Shown here: positions 37,224 to 46,800 of the stretch, piece after piece
Layout: every line of letters begins with the position of its first letter
Numbering within the stretch: the stretch's first letter is position 1
Assembly: GCA_964396795.1 (NCBI GenBank)
Contig: CAYNGB010000004.1
Coordinates: 24,959-88,958, forward strand
DNA from: an uncultured Terracidiphilus sp.
GTDB taxonomy: Bacteria; Acidobacteriota; Terriglobia; Terriglobales; Acidobacteriaceae
Reading direction: 5' to 3'
Length of the DNA stretch: 64,000 bases
The notes under the pieces: model-generated
Databases searched by the model: none
Told to the model about the DNA's origin: nothing
The model's input: the letters and a program-made list of their open reading frames with translations, nothing else
Made by a program: the position numbers and the translations under genes

Positions 37224-39368
37224 TTGAAGACGCGCATTTTCTGTGGCAACAATAGATGCGGAGGGCGGATCTTGGACTTCCCCAGGAATGGAGCAACGCC
37301 GGAGAGGAATGGAACCGGAACGGTTCGGTTTGGCACTTTTGAGGCTGATCTCCACTCTGGAGAGGTCCGTAAAGCGGGAGTCCGGATCAAACTCCAGGAG
37401 CAGCCCTTCAAGGTGCTCCAGATTCTGCTGGAGCAGCCGGGGAGATTGGTTACCCGCGAAGAATTGCAGTCCCGCATCTGGGCTGAAGAGAGTTATGGCG
37501 ACTTCGACCATGCGGTCAACGTAGCTGTGGGCAAGCTCCGGACTGCGCTCGGGGATTCAGCCGACAACCCGCGCTTTGTCGAGACAATTCCGCGTCGCGG
37601 CTATCGGTTTGTCGCCACTCTGGAAGAGTCCCGCACTGAGGCTCTTCCCGCCGAGCTTTCACCAACTCCCGGCCTGCCCCACAAGGGTAAGGTTCGCCGC
37701 AGGTGGATACTGCAAGCAGCGTGTGCAGTCATCGCCGCCGGAGTTCTCGTGGCATTCGGGGTCTTGCTCGGGCGTCGCACTATTCGCACTCAAGTACCTG
37801 ACTTTCAACGTCTCACTGTCCGACATGGCACTGTTTATTCGGCCCGATTTGCACCTGATGGGCACACCGTGGTCTACGCAGCCTCGTGGGACGGGGCACC
37901 GGTCGAGATCTTCGCTACCGACACCAAGCTCCCGGGTACGCGCAGCCTCGGACTACAGGCGACCGCGCTGCTTGCGGTTTCCTCCTCGGGAGAAATAGCT
38001 GTGCAGCAGTCGCCCGGCCCGGACTTTATGATGACGCTGCGCGGCACTCTCGGCCAGGTCCCTCTCACCGGAGGGTCGCCTCGCCAGATTGCCGAGAATG
38101 TCGATTGGGCCGATTGGGCGCCGGATAGCAAAACCCTCGCCATCGTCCGTGAAAAGGCAGGCACGCAGCAGATTGAGTTTCCCTTAGGCCACATAATCTA
38201 CGAGACCACCGGTTGGGTAAGCCACGTGAGAGTGTCGCCCAAAGGCGATCTGGTAGCGTTTCTTGACCATCCCACCCCCAAGGACGATCGCGGAGTCGTT
38301 TCCGTGGTTGATCTGGCGGGACACAAGAGGGTGCTTTCCACCGGATGGGAGAGCGAGGAAGGGTTGGCTTGGTCTCCGCGCGGGAACGAGGTATGGTTCA
38401 CTGCTGCGGTGGCCGGCCTGCAACGCCACCTTTATGCCGTGGATCTTTCAGGGAAAGTGCGCTTGTGTTTCCGTGGGCCGGGCGGTGTGACACTTCACGA
38501 CATCTCTCCGGACGGACGACTCCTGCTCACCCGCGATGAGCAGCGCGCCGGAATCATGGGCATGGCCTCCGGGGCCACAAGAGAAAGGGACCTCTCCTGG
38601 CTGGACTGGTCCCTACCCACCGATCTCTCTCTGGACGGAAATACCGTGGTCTTCGACGAGCAGGGAGAAGAGATGGGGCCTAGTTATACCGTCGCCATCC
38701 GCGACCTGCGTGGCGCGCCTCCCGTTCCGCTGGGAGTGGGCATGTCCGGCGGGATTTCTCCCGACGGAAAATGGGTGGCTGCAACTGTCGACTACACCCA
38801 GATTGTGCTGTTGCCCACCGGCGCGGGCTCCTCAAGGAAGATCGACCGCGGCGGTATCCAGCAGTATGGGCACCCGGTTCGATGGCTCCCCGATGGCAAG
38901 CGAGTCCTCTTCGCCGGAAGCTTGCCTGGCCGTCCGGCCCGGTGTTTTATTCAGAACGTCGATGACGGCCACCCCCGTCCGGTGACGCCGGAGGGAATCA
39001 CCGCTTGCCATGTCTCTCCCGATGGGAAGTGGATTGCAACCAAAGACTACGTCAACAATCAGGCACTTCTTTTTCCAGCGAATGGAGGCCAGCCTCAGCC
39101 TATCCCCGGTTTGTTGCCGGCAGAAAGCTTCGCCTGGACCTCAGACCCGAGATTCATGTACGTGTACCAATGGAAACAGGCTCCAATTAAGATCTATCGT
39201 CTCAATATCGTGACCGGCCAACGACAACTTGCCAAAGAGCTGAACCCCTCTGACACTACCGGGCTCTGTGACCTCTCCGAGATCAGGCTCAGCGCCGACG
39301 GCCGAGCTTACGTCTATGGCTACACGCGTCTACTTTCGGATCTCTACTTGGTTGCAGGGCTTCAATAG
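37224..39368 (+). CDS. CadC/ToxR-like winged-helix regulator with TM helix and TolB-like (PD40) beta-propeller
   Basis: VRFGTFEADL...KLQEQPFKVLQILLEQPGRLVTREEL...VGKLRTALGDSADNPRFVETIPRRGYRF; TM helix; repeated WAPDSK/WSPRG/ISPDG/WLPDG blades. Start position uncertain. Confidence 0.88.
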   Translation: MKTRIFCGNNRCGGRILDFPRNGATPERNGTGTVRFGTFEADLHSGEVRKAGVRIKLQEQPFKVLQILLEQPGRLVTREELQSRIWAEESYGDFDHAVNVAVGKLRTALGDSADNPRFVETIPRRGYRFVATLEESRTEALPAELSPTPGLPHKGKVRRRWILQAACAVIAAGVLVAFGVLLGRRTIRTQVPDFQRLTVRHGTVYSARFAPDGHTVVYAASWDGAPVEIFATDTKLPGTRSLGLQATALLAVSSSGEIAVQQSPGPDFMMTLRGTLGQVPLTGGSPRQIAENVDWADWAPDSKTLAIVREKAGTQQIEFPLGHIIYETTGWVSHVRVSPKGDLVAFLDHPTPKDDRGVVSVVDLAGHKRVLSTGWESEEGLAWSPRGNEVWFTAAVAGLQRHLYAVDLSGKVRLCFRGPGGVTLHDISPDGRLLLTRDEQRAGIMGMASGATRERDLSWLDWSLPTDLSLDGNTVVFDEQGEEMGPSYTVAIRDLRGAPPVPLGVGMSGGISPDGKWVAATVDYTQIVLLPTGAGSSRKIDRGGIQQYGHPVRWLPDGKRVLFAGSLPGRPARCFIQNVDDGHPRPVTPEGITACHVSPDGKWIATKDYVNNQALLFPANGGQPQPIPGLLPAESFAWTSDPRFMYVYQWKQAPIKIYRLNIVTGQRQLAKELNPSDTTGLCDLSEIRLSADGRAYVYGYTRLLSDLYLVAGLQ

Positions 39369-39550
39369 AAGTGCGTTTTTGGCGGATCGCCGACCCCGGG
39401 CCCACAAAGTGATTCTTCGCCGGTTCTTCCGTTCAGCCACCCTTAATGTCCCCGCGCGTAGGCTCTGTACTTGGAAGTGGCAGGATCATTCCGCAACTCA
39501 CACCATCCGGGTACTCGGAATCAAGCCAGCCCCTCACTGGAGACACCACC

Positions 39551-40639
39551 ATGGCCTACAAATTGCCCGTCGTAGCAACTCTCGCCGTTTTGCTTTCGTT
39601 TGCAGGTCTCGTCCACGCGCAGGACAGCGGCCCCTATAAGGTACTCAAGATCCAACTGGTCGGAGGCGATGGCGGATTCGATTACGTCACTGCCGACTCT
39701 GTTGGCCGCAACCTGTATGTCGCTCGGTCTGGGCCTGCTGGCCATATCGGCGTCTTTAATCTCGACACTCTGGCCCAGGTGGGAGATATCCCGGGTGTGA
39801 GCGCGCACGGCGGTGCGGTCGACACCGAGACAGGGCACGGATTCGCAACCTCAAAACCGGTGACGATGTTCGATGCGAAGACCTTTGCGATTCTGAAGAA
39901 GATTGACGTGCAGGGCAATCCGGACGGCTACCTCAACGACGCCTATAATCACCACTTCTACATCCTTAGCCACGCTGAACCGAATATCACGGTCCTCGAC
40001 GATAAGGATGGCTCGATCCTCGGCACCATCGATATCGGCGGTGCACCCGAGCAGGCCGCCGCCGACGGCCACGGCAAAATTTACGTCGACATCGAAGACA
40101 AGGCCGCCATCGCGGTTATCGACGCGAACACGATGAAGATGGTTGGTCGATACGATGTATCGAGCAAAGGTGGAGGATGCGCCGGGCTCGCACTCGACGC
40201 AACGAACAATATCCTCTTCGCCACGTGCCGCGACAACAAGAACATGATCATCCTGTCGGCTACAGACGGCCATATCATTACCGATCTGCCCATTGGCAAC
40301 GGGTCTGACGGCGCTGCGTTCAATCCGGCCACCATGGAGGCGTTCACCTCTCAAGGCGACGGCACACTAACCGTTGTTAAAGAGGACTCGCCCACCAGCT
40401 TCTCTGTTGAGCAAACGGTCGCCACACCGGCGCGCGCGAAGACTCTGACCCTGGATACTAAGACGAACCAGATATTCTCGATCACCGCCGAGTTTGGCCC
40501 GGTCCCCGCCGCACCGGCACAGGCTCCAAGTTCAACGCCATCTGCCGGCGGTCCCCCGGCGGGCGCCCCAGCTTGGATGCGTGGGCCTCGTGCGCCAATG
40601 ATCCCGAACTCTTTTCAGATACTTGTGATTGGCAAGTAA
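39551..40639 (+). CDS. YncE-like beta-propeller protein, secreted
   Basis: GGAG RBS then MAYKLPVVATLAVLLSFAGLVHAQ; GGDGGFDYVTAD, IDIGGAPE, LPIGNGSDG, ARAKTLTLD; Pro-rich tail. Confidence 0.8.
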   Translation: MAYKLPVVATLAVLLSFAGLVHAQDSGPYKVLKIQLVGGDGGFDYVTADSVGRNLYVARSGPAGHIGVFNLDTLAQVGDIPGVSAHGGAVDTETGHGFATSKPVTMFDAKTFAILKKIDVQGNPDGYLNDAYNHHFYILSHAEPNITVLDDKDGSILGTIDIGGAPEQAAADGHGKIYVDIEDKAAIAVIDANTMKMVGRYDVSSKGGGCAGLALDATNNILFATCRDNKNMIILSATDGHIITDLPIGNGSDGAAFNPATMEAFTSQGDGTLTVVKEDSPTSFSVEQTVATPARAKTLTLDTKTNQIFSITAEFGPVPAAPAQAPSSTPSAGGPPAGAPAWMRGPRAPMIPNSFQILVIGK

Positions 40640-40640
40640 T

Positions 40641-41387
40641 TTACCTGGAACCAGCCTGTTTCCCAAGATGGTAGCTCAACGCCAGGTTTGCATTCATCAC
40701 GTCGAGACCGGGGTTGACTGGGACCATAAAGGCGTTTGAAAAATGAAAATCGCTGAATAGGCCCAAGCGCAAATCCACCCGCTGAGTCATTTTGGTCTGC
40801 ACGCCTATTGCGGTCTGCAAGCTGAAGCTCTCATAGGTGGCCTGGGTCGAGAGCACTTTTTGCGGAAAGGCGAGCATCCCGCCTTTGGTGGTGAAATACG
40901 GCTTCCAGGTGCGCTCGTCGCTGCGCCACATCATGCGAAAACCAATAGGGGAGAATCCCACTCCAGGTACCCATTTTTTGGCGGTGGTCAGCGGATCGCC
41001 CCAAATATCGGCCTTGGCTGGTTCCATCAGTACGATTACCGGAAGAATCTCGCCAACATAGTCCATCCTCGCCTTTAAGAAGTAACCCCAGGAATGGCGG
41101 TCGTACTCCAACCCAGCGGTAAAGAGCTTGCAGTCCTGGCCGCCGGCAAACAACCGCCAATTCCCATAGGACGCCAATCCCTCTACTGCGATCTCGCTCT
41201 CCACAGGCTGCTTGGCCGCTGTGCTCTTGGCGATCAAAGTCTCTGTGTCTTGAGATTGCCCGGGCCGTGGTGCAACGAGACACAACATAGTCAGGGCGAA
41301 CAGGCAACAGAAGTGGAAGCCGTGGGTCAAGCAGAACTTGCTCTGTCGCGGGGTGAATCCAGACTCAAAAACTTGATCGTTCGGCAA
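40641..41387 (-). CDS. PagL-like acyloxyacyl hydrolase (lipid A 3-O-deacylase family) outer-membrane barrel
   Basis: PYFTTKGGML, FSLQTAIGV and the PagL-type FHFSNA...NPGLD motif; amphipathic strands; signal-like N-terminus. Confidence 0.7.
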   Translation of the reverse strand: MPNDQVFESGFTPRQSKFCLTHGFHFCCLFALTMLCLVAPRPGQSQDTETLIAKSTAAKQPVESEIAVEGLASYGNWRLFAGGQDCKLFTAGLEYDRHSWGYFLKARMDYVGEILPVIVLMEPAKADIWGDPLTTAKKWVPGVGFSPIGFRMMWRSDERTWKPYFTTKGGMLAFPQKVLSTQATYESFSLQTAIGVQTKMTQRVDLRLGLFSDFHFSNAFMVPVNPGLDVMNANLALSYHLGKQAGSR

Positions 41388-41433
41388 AATGAGTCACCCG
41401 ATCATGCGACCTGGGGTCCGGTTAAGTTACCTG

Positions 41434-42423
41434 TCAAAACAGCGGAGCGACAGCAACAGCGGTCAGCCCGCATAGGAAGAAGATAAACATCCAAACCAGT
41501 GCTACTTTTGAGCGGGCCGGTGCTGCGCTGAACTCGCGCCAGATAAACACGCCCCAGCATGCTGAGATCATGGTTGCACCCTGCCCAATCGAGTACGACA
41601 CCGCAGGTCCGACGACTTGCGCCCGCGAAGCCACAAAGTTCGCGATTGTGCCCGTGCACCAGATTGCCCCACCCACAACGCCCCACAGATGCCAGATTCC
41701 CGGCGCACTCCAGTACCCTTTCATCCGAGCGGGCTCGCGACCGTCGAGCGGCATCCGCATCAGAAGGTAGTTCATGGGAACCGAACAAGCCGCCACGCCA
41801 ATTACGAAGAACAGTACCGCCGCATACGGGCCCGGTGCGCCTTCTCCCGTCATGGCTTTGGCCACAAATGGATAGAATGCCCCCATCAGAAGCCCGCCAA
41901 CCAGGCTGAGAACGATGCCTCTCCGGCTCGTTGCGCGGCGGCTTGATTCGCGCAGCCGATACGCAATCGCATCGAGCACAATCGCCGTCACCACCAGCAC
42001 AATCCCGCCAAACAACAGTAGTGGGTTCCCTTTGGGCGAAATCACGTAGTTGGCGATCGCGCCTTCCACCAGCGCCAGTCCAATGCCAATTGGAAACGCA
42101 ACCGCCAGGCCGGCGATGTCGATCGCCGCCACCACCAGCAGATTGGCGATGTTGAATACTACGCCCCCGATGAACGCCAACACGATGGGTCGCAGCCCGG
42201 CGTGCACAATGTCTTCATAGAACGGCCTGCCCACGCTTCCGAAGCTTCCCAACGTCAAGCCCCAAAAGAGAGTTCCGGCCCCTAAGCCAATCACATAGTC
42301 CCAATAAAACAATTGAAACCTGTACCCCGGACAAAGCTTCAGGGTGTTGGCCCACGATCCCCAACACAGCATGGTCAGAATCATGAATGAGAGAGCAATG
42401 AAGTACGTTTCAGGTTGATACAT
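41434..42423 (-). CDS. GRP/ureide-permease-like DMT-superfamily transporter (probable sugar uptake)
   Basis: About 10 hydrophobic segments; MLCWGSWANT, FQLFYWDY, AGLAVAFPIGIGLALV, SYSIGQGATMISACWGVFIWREF. Confidence 0.8.
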   Translation of the reverse strand: MYQPETYFIALSFMILTMLCWGSWANTLKLCPGYRFQLFYWDYVIGLGAGTLFWGLTLGSFGSVGRPFYEDIVHAGLRPIVLAFIGGVVFNIANLLVVAAIDIAGLAVAFPIGIGLALVEGAIANYVISPKGNPLLLFGGIVLVVTAIVLDAIAYRLRESSRRATSRRGIVLSLVGGLLMGAFYPFVAKAMTGEGAPGPYAAVLFFVIGVAACSVPMNYLLMRMPLDGREPARMKGYWSAPGIWHLWGVVGGAIWCTGTIANFVASRAQVVGPAVSYSIGQGATMISACWGVFIWREFSAAPARSKVALVWMFIFFLCGLTAVAVAPLF

Positions 42424-42547
42424 GCGTCGGCTCCAAGGCAGTTAAAACGCGTTCAAGTAATGCGAATCCACAGTCAGGTTGCCGAACTCGAAATGGCCCA
42501 CCGCGTCGGCTTTCATAGGTCGGCTCTGATCCGGCGCATCTCAAAAC

Positions 42548-43747
42548 TCAAGGCTTGGCGCCCGAGTCCAACTGTTGTGGCGTGATCTCCTCGCCGGCAT
42601 TCGACTTGCGCAGCGTCACCGGGGTGGAATTATGCAGCTTCCTGAATTCTGCCAATGCCTTTGCTTGTTCTTCCCTGTTTCCTGCTGCTCGCTCGGCTTG
42701 CGCCAATCGGTACCATGCAACTTCGTCATCTGGCCGCAGCCGTGTCGCGCGTTGCAGCGGATCCACTGCATCCTTCGCCTGTTGGCTATCCAGGTAGACG
42801 CCGCCCAGGCCCACCAGCGCTTCCTCAAAGTCAGGGTACTTCTCGATGACCTGTGCGAATTGCTTGCGAGCTTCATCCAGGTTTCCAAGCTCTACTTGGA
42901 TGTTTGCCAGCTCATACCCCGCGTTTCCATTGCTGGGATCGACACCTAGTTCGGCCGTAAACTCCCGTACGGCAGCCTCGCGATCCTCGGGCTTGTGCCC
43001 TTCTCTGAACTGAGACAAATAGATACGCCCCATCCGATAGTGGATGCCGGGGCGTTGAGGGTCAAGCTGAAGCACGTGATTGAAGGCGATGATCGCCGCG
43101 TCATACTGTTTTTGACTCTCGTTGGCCTCGCCCTGGGCCTGCAACATCCAGATCGACCCCGCCGCCTTGTCGTGCAATCTCTCCATCACGATGTAGGCAA
43201 AGTTTCCATAGATGCGGCCCGTGTGATACAGAACCTCGGGGTCGTCGGGATAGAGCTTGTTAAGTGCCAGAGAGGCCTCCACGGCATCCGAATCGCGGCT
43301 GAGTCCCGTGTACGCGCGCAAAAGCTGCAGGCCGCACATGCGCCTTACATCCTGATCGGCAGACTGCTTGAAGCCCTTCTCCAGGTGCGGCAGCGCCTCT
43401 TGAAACTGGCCCAGTTCCGACAGCGAAAGGCCCAGCAGCGTATCCAGTCTCGGCAGGCTTGGCTTAAGCCTTTGTGCCGTGCGCACCTCGCGTACCGCCA
43501 ACTCATACTCGTGCTGTTGAAAATAAATCGCGGCCAGGGTGGCGTGGACTTCAGCGACACCGGGTTGCAACTTGGCCAATTGCTCAAAGTCGGTGCGGGC
43601 AGTATCAAACTGGCCGGCCGCCATTGCCTGCTGTCCCTCAGCAGCATATCGCTCTGACTGATCCTCTCTGCTTGCTTGCGCCCGGGCGGTCAGCGGAACT
43701 ACGCAAAAGAAGACCAGCAACCAACTCAGTTTCGATAGCTTACTCAT
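42548..43747 (-). CDS. TPR protein, about 400 aa, TBDR3-associated, with signal peptide
   Basis: Signal ending LTARAQ; LYPDDPEVLY, GIHYRMGRIYL, EEALVGLGGVYL, VAWYRLAQA; paralogous to 18619-19815. Confidence 0.88.
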   Translation of the reverse strand: MSKLSKLSWLLVFFCVVPLTARAQASREDQSERYAAEGQQAMAAGQFDTARTDFEQLAKLQPGVAEVHATLAAIYFQQHEYELAVREVRTAQRLKPSLPRLDTLLGLSLSELGQFQEALPHLEKGFKQSADQDVRRMCGLQLLRAYTGLSRDSDAVEASLALNKLYPDDPEVLYHTGRIYGNFAYIVMERLHDKAAGSIWMLQAQGEANESQKQYDAAIIAFNHVLQLDPQRPGIHYRMGRIYLSQFREGHKPEDREAAVREFTAELGVDPSNGNAGYELANIQVELGNLDEARKQFAQVIEKYPDFEEALVGLGGVYLDSQQAKDAVDPLQRATRLRPDDEVAWYRLAQAERAAGNREEQAKALAEFRKLHNSTPVTLRKSNAGEEITPQQLDSGAKP

Positions 43748-43774
43748 GATTGATTTAGTGTATCTCCTGCACAG

Positions 43775-43808
43775 AAAACTCCGCCACGTCCAAAGGGCGT
43801 GGCGGAGT
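43775..43808 (-). terminator. Hairpin/terminator after TBDR3
   Basis: Plus-strand ACTCCGCCACGTCC-AAA-GGGCGTGGCGGAGT (43778-43808), running into a short T-tract on the minus strand. Confidence 0.7.
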
Positions 43809-43837
43809 GGAAGTAAATCAACAGTTGATCGGAGGAA

Positions 43838-46800
43838 TCAGAATTGGATCTTTCCACCGAATTGAAGGACGCGTGCTGACGATGATCCGTAAATCAGACC
43901 GCCATTTGCTGAACCTACGTTGGCTGAGATGGGTTGGTTGCCGCCCGATCCAGCGACCAGCAGGCCGCCTACGTCTTGTGAGTATTGGTGATGGTTGAAG
44001 GTGTTGAAGGTATCCATCTTGAACACGAACTTCGCGTGTTCGCCAAGGGCGAAGATCTTGCCTAAGCCCATGTCGAAGTTGTTGATGCCCGGCTGGTTCA
44101 GGAAGTTGCGGGCTGAGTTGCCGTAGGTGCCGAAGGCCGGCCCTGTAAAGCAGCCCATGTTCAGCCAGAAGAACTGTGCCAGCGGAGCCGAGTAGGTGTT
44201 CTGGTGAAGGTTGCAGCCTGCGGTAATGTTCGCCCGCATGCCGCCGGTACCCGTGATGCCATCGATATCGGGCCCTGTGACTTCTAAGGGAAATCCCTTC
44301 TGGAAGGTTGCAACACCGGTGAGTTGCCAGCCGCCAATGATTTCGTCGGCAGCCCAGTTAGACCCGCCGGCAATCTTCTTGCCGCGGCCGAAAGGCAGTT
44401 GGTAGACCCAGCTAGCCACAACCCTCTGCGGTACGTTGAAGTCTGAACGGCCGTAATCCAGCCATGGCCTGGAGTTGTCCATGTAGCCCTCGTAACCTGT
44501 CGCGCTGGCGCCTGCTCCGGCGGTCGCCGACTTGTTATCCATGCTCTTGGACCAGGTATAGACCGCGGTCACAGCAAGGTCGCCCGCGCGATGTTCAAAC
44601 TTCGCGTTGCCGGCGTTGTAGTGAGAGTAGCCCTCGAATCTGCCGTCGATGTAGGTTCCGTTGAAGTTCTGATACGGCAAGCGGCTGGCAATGCTGCACG
44701 GGGCAATCGCGGTTGCACCGACTGCATTGAAGTAGTTGCCGTTTACGTCCTGCTCCTGGCAAAGCGACAGGCTCGCGGCCGGAATATTGAGTGGTTGGGC
44801 GATATCCGTACGGTCGAGCATGTGCGAACCATGGGTTCCAACGTAGTTCACTTCCAGGGTGGTGTTCTTGGCAAGCTCACGCTCGACAGACAACGTCCAG
44901 GACTGAACGTACGGGTTGCGCGGGTTCTCTGACTCGATAACCGCGATGAACGACAAGGAATTCTCAGGGAACGGCCCCAGGGATTGGTGAGACGGGAACA
45001 ACTGGTTGCCGTACTTGAGCGTGTCCAGACTGTTTTGCGTGGAGGGGTTCAGAGCGTTGCGGACGCTGTAGGGATAGATATCCCCAGAGTCGTCGATCTC
45101 GCGGCCCTCATAGGATGTAAAGAAGATCCCATAGCCGCCGCGCACGACCATCTTATCGTTCAGGCGGTAGTTGAAGCCGAACCGCGGTGCGAAGGGGTTC
45201 TTCGAGCCCGGATGCGGAACCTTCCCGCAGTAGCGCAGAATGGGAGTAACCCCATCCACTCCATAGTCGCCCCTGGCCACCCCATCGGTGGAGAGATTTG
45301 GATCGGCATAGCACAGGCCGCCCGCGCTGTTCTCGGTGTCGAGCCAGAAAAGGTGGTTCAGCTTTTCAAAGGTCGCCGCGTGGAAGTCCCAGCGCACACC
45401 GAAACTCAAGCTCAGCTTCGGGCTGACCTTCCAGTCGTCTTGCCCGTAGGGGGCAAAGTAGTTGTAGATGTGGGTTTGTGGGTTGCCTGCCTGATCGGTG
45501 GGGCTCAGCGGTCCGGGGACGAATCCCGAGGCACCATCGTAAAACCCCAGCATCATATCCGAAACGCCGTTGGCAGTGCCGCAAAGCGCATATCCGGTTG
45601 CGGCCTCGCAACTGGACGGAGAGCCCGCAGCCGCCGAGACCGGCTCGCTGTTGACGGAAATTTGATTCGAACCGAAGCCCCAGTCACCGTAGAAATCGTC
45701 ATCCAGGTTGCGGGTGATGATCCAGTGGCGATAGTCGAAGCCAAAGCCCAACGTATGCTTTCCGTGAACCTTGGTAAGCGAATCGGCGAATTCCCATTCA
45801 GGAATAAACGATCCGCTGTAAGAGTTCACCGGTCCGCCGCCGCTGTTGAACCCCGACATGCCCACGTTCGGATACGTCTGTTGCAGAGGCCCGAAGGTGG
45901 TAAAGATGCCGGTTTCGGCAAGATCTGTAGGCAATGTTGCGGGCGGAGCACCCGAGCCTTCCGGCGCGTTGGCCGAGAGATAGCCAAAGCGGAAGTTGTT
46001 CACTGTGCTCTGGCCCATGTTGACGGTGTGCGAAAATTCCCAGGACTTTCCCTTCTCGAAATACTGCTCGAGACCAAGAACCGGGGAGCCGGAGTTGTAG
46101 TTCGACGAGTTTACGTAGTTGGAATACGTGTAGCGGCCAAAGACCGAGCCCCATTTTCCCAGGTTCTGGTCGCCGCGATAGGTCTGCTGGTTCATGTGCA
46201 GCGGCCCGGGAATGGCCTGGATGTAGTTGGAAATGCCTTCAGGCTGGTTTGCAACCGTCGGCGTATTCCAGAAACCGTACTTGATCGAAGCCAGACCAAT
46301 ACGGGACGTGAAGCGGGCGGATGGAACCTGGTTACTCGGGAAATTCGCCCCGGTTGTCGGATCGTACGGCATGCAGTTGTCGCCCAAGCTAAGCAGCGCT
46401 GTACAGGTGGCTGTTCCGTAGTCGGGCAGCAGGCCGCCTGGCAGAGGAACGTTAACCCCATTCACCGTCGCACCGCCGGCAATCGGCGTATACGACTCCG
46501 CCGCGAAATCTCCCGTCAGGATTGCAGGGTTCGGAACGGTCTCTGTCAAAAGCTGGCCGTTGTTCATGCGCCAGCCTTCGTAGTTGGCCATCCAGAACGA
46601 CTTGTTGCGCCCGTCATACAGGTGAGGAATGTAGACCGGCCCATCCGCCACGAACCCAAACTGGTTCAGGTGCAGTACCGGGAGGCTGGTGGGTGTGCTG
46701 GTGATGTAGGTGTTGGCCTGGGCAAACGGCAGTGCATCGAACCCATTTTCACGGTGGGATTCGAACAGTGTGCCGTGCAGCTTGTTGCTGCCGCCCTTGC

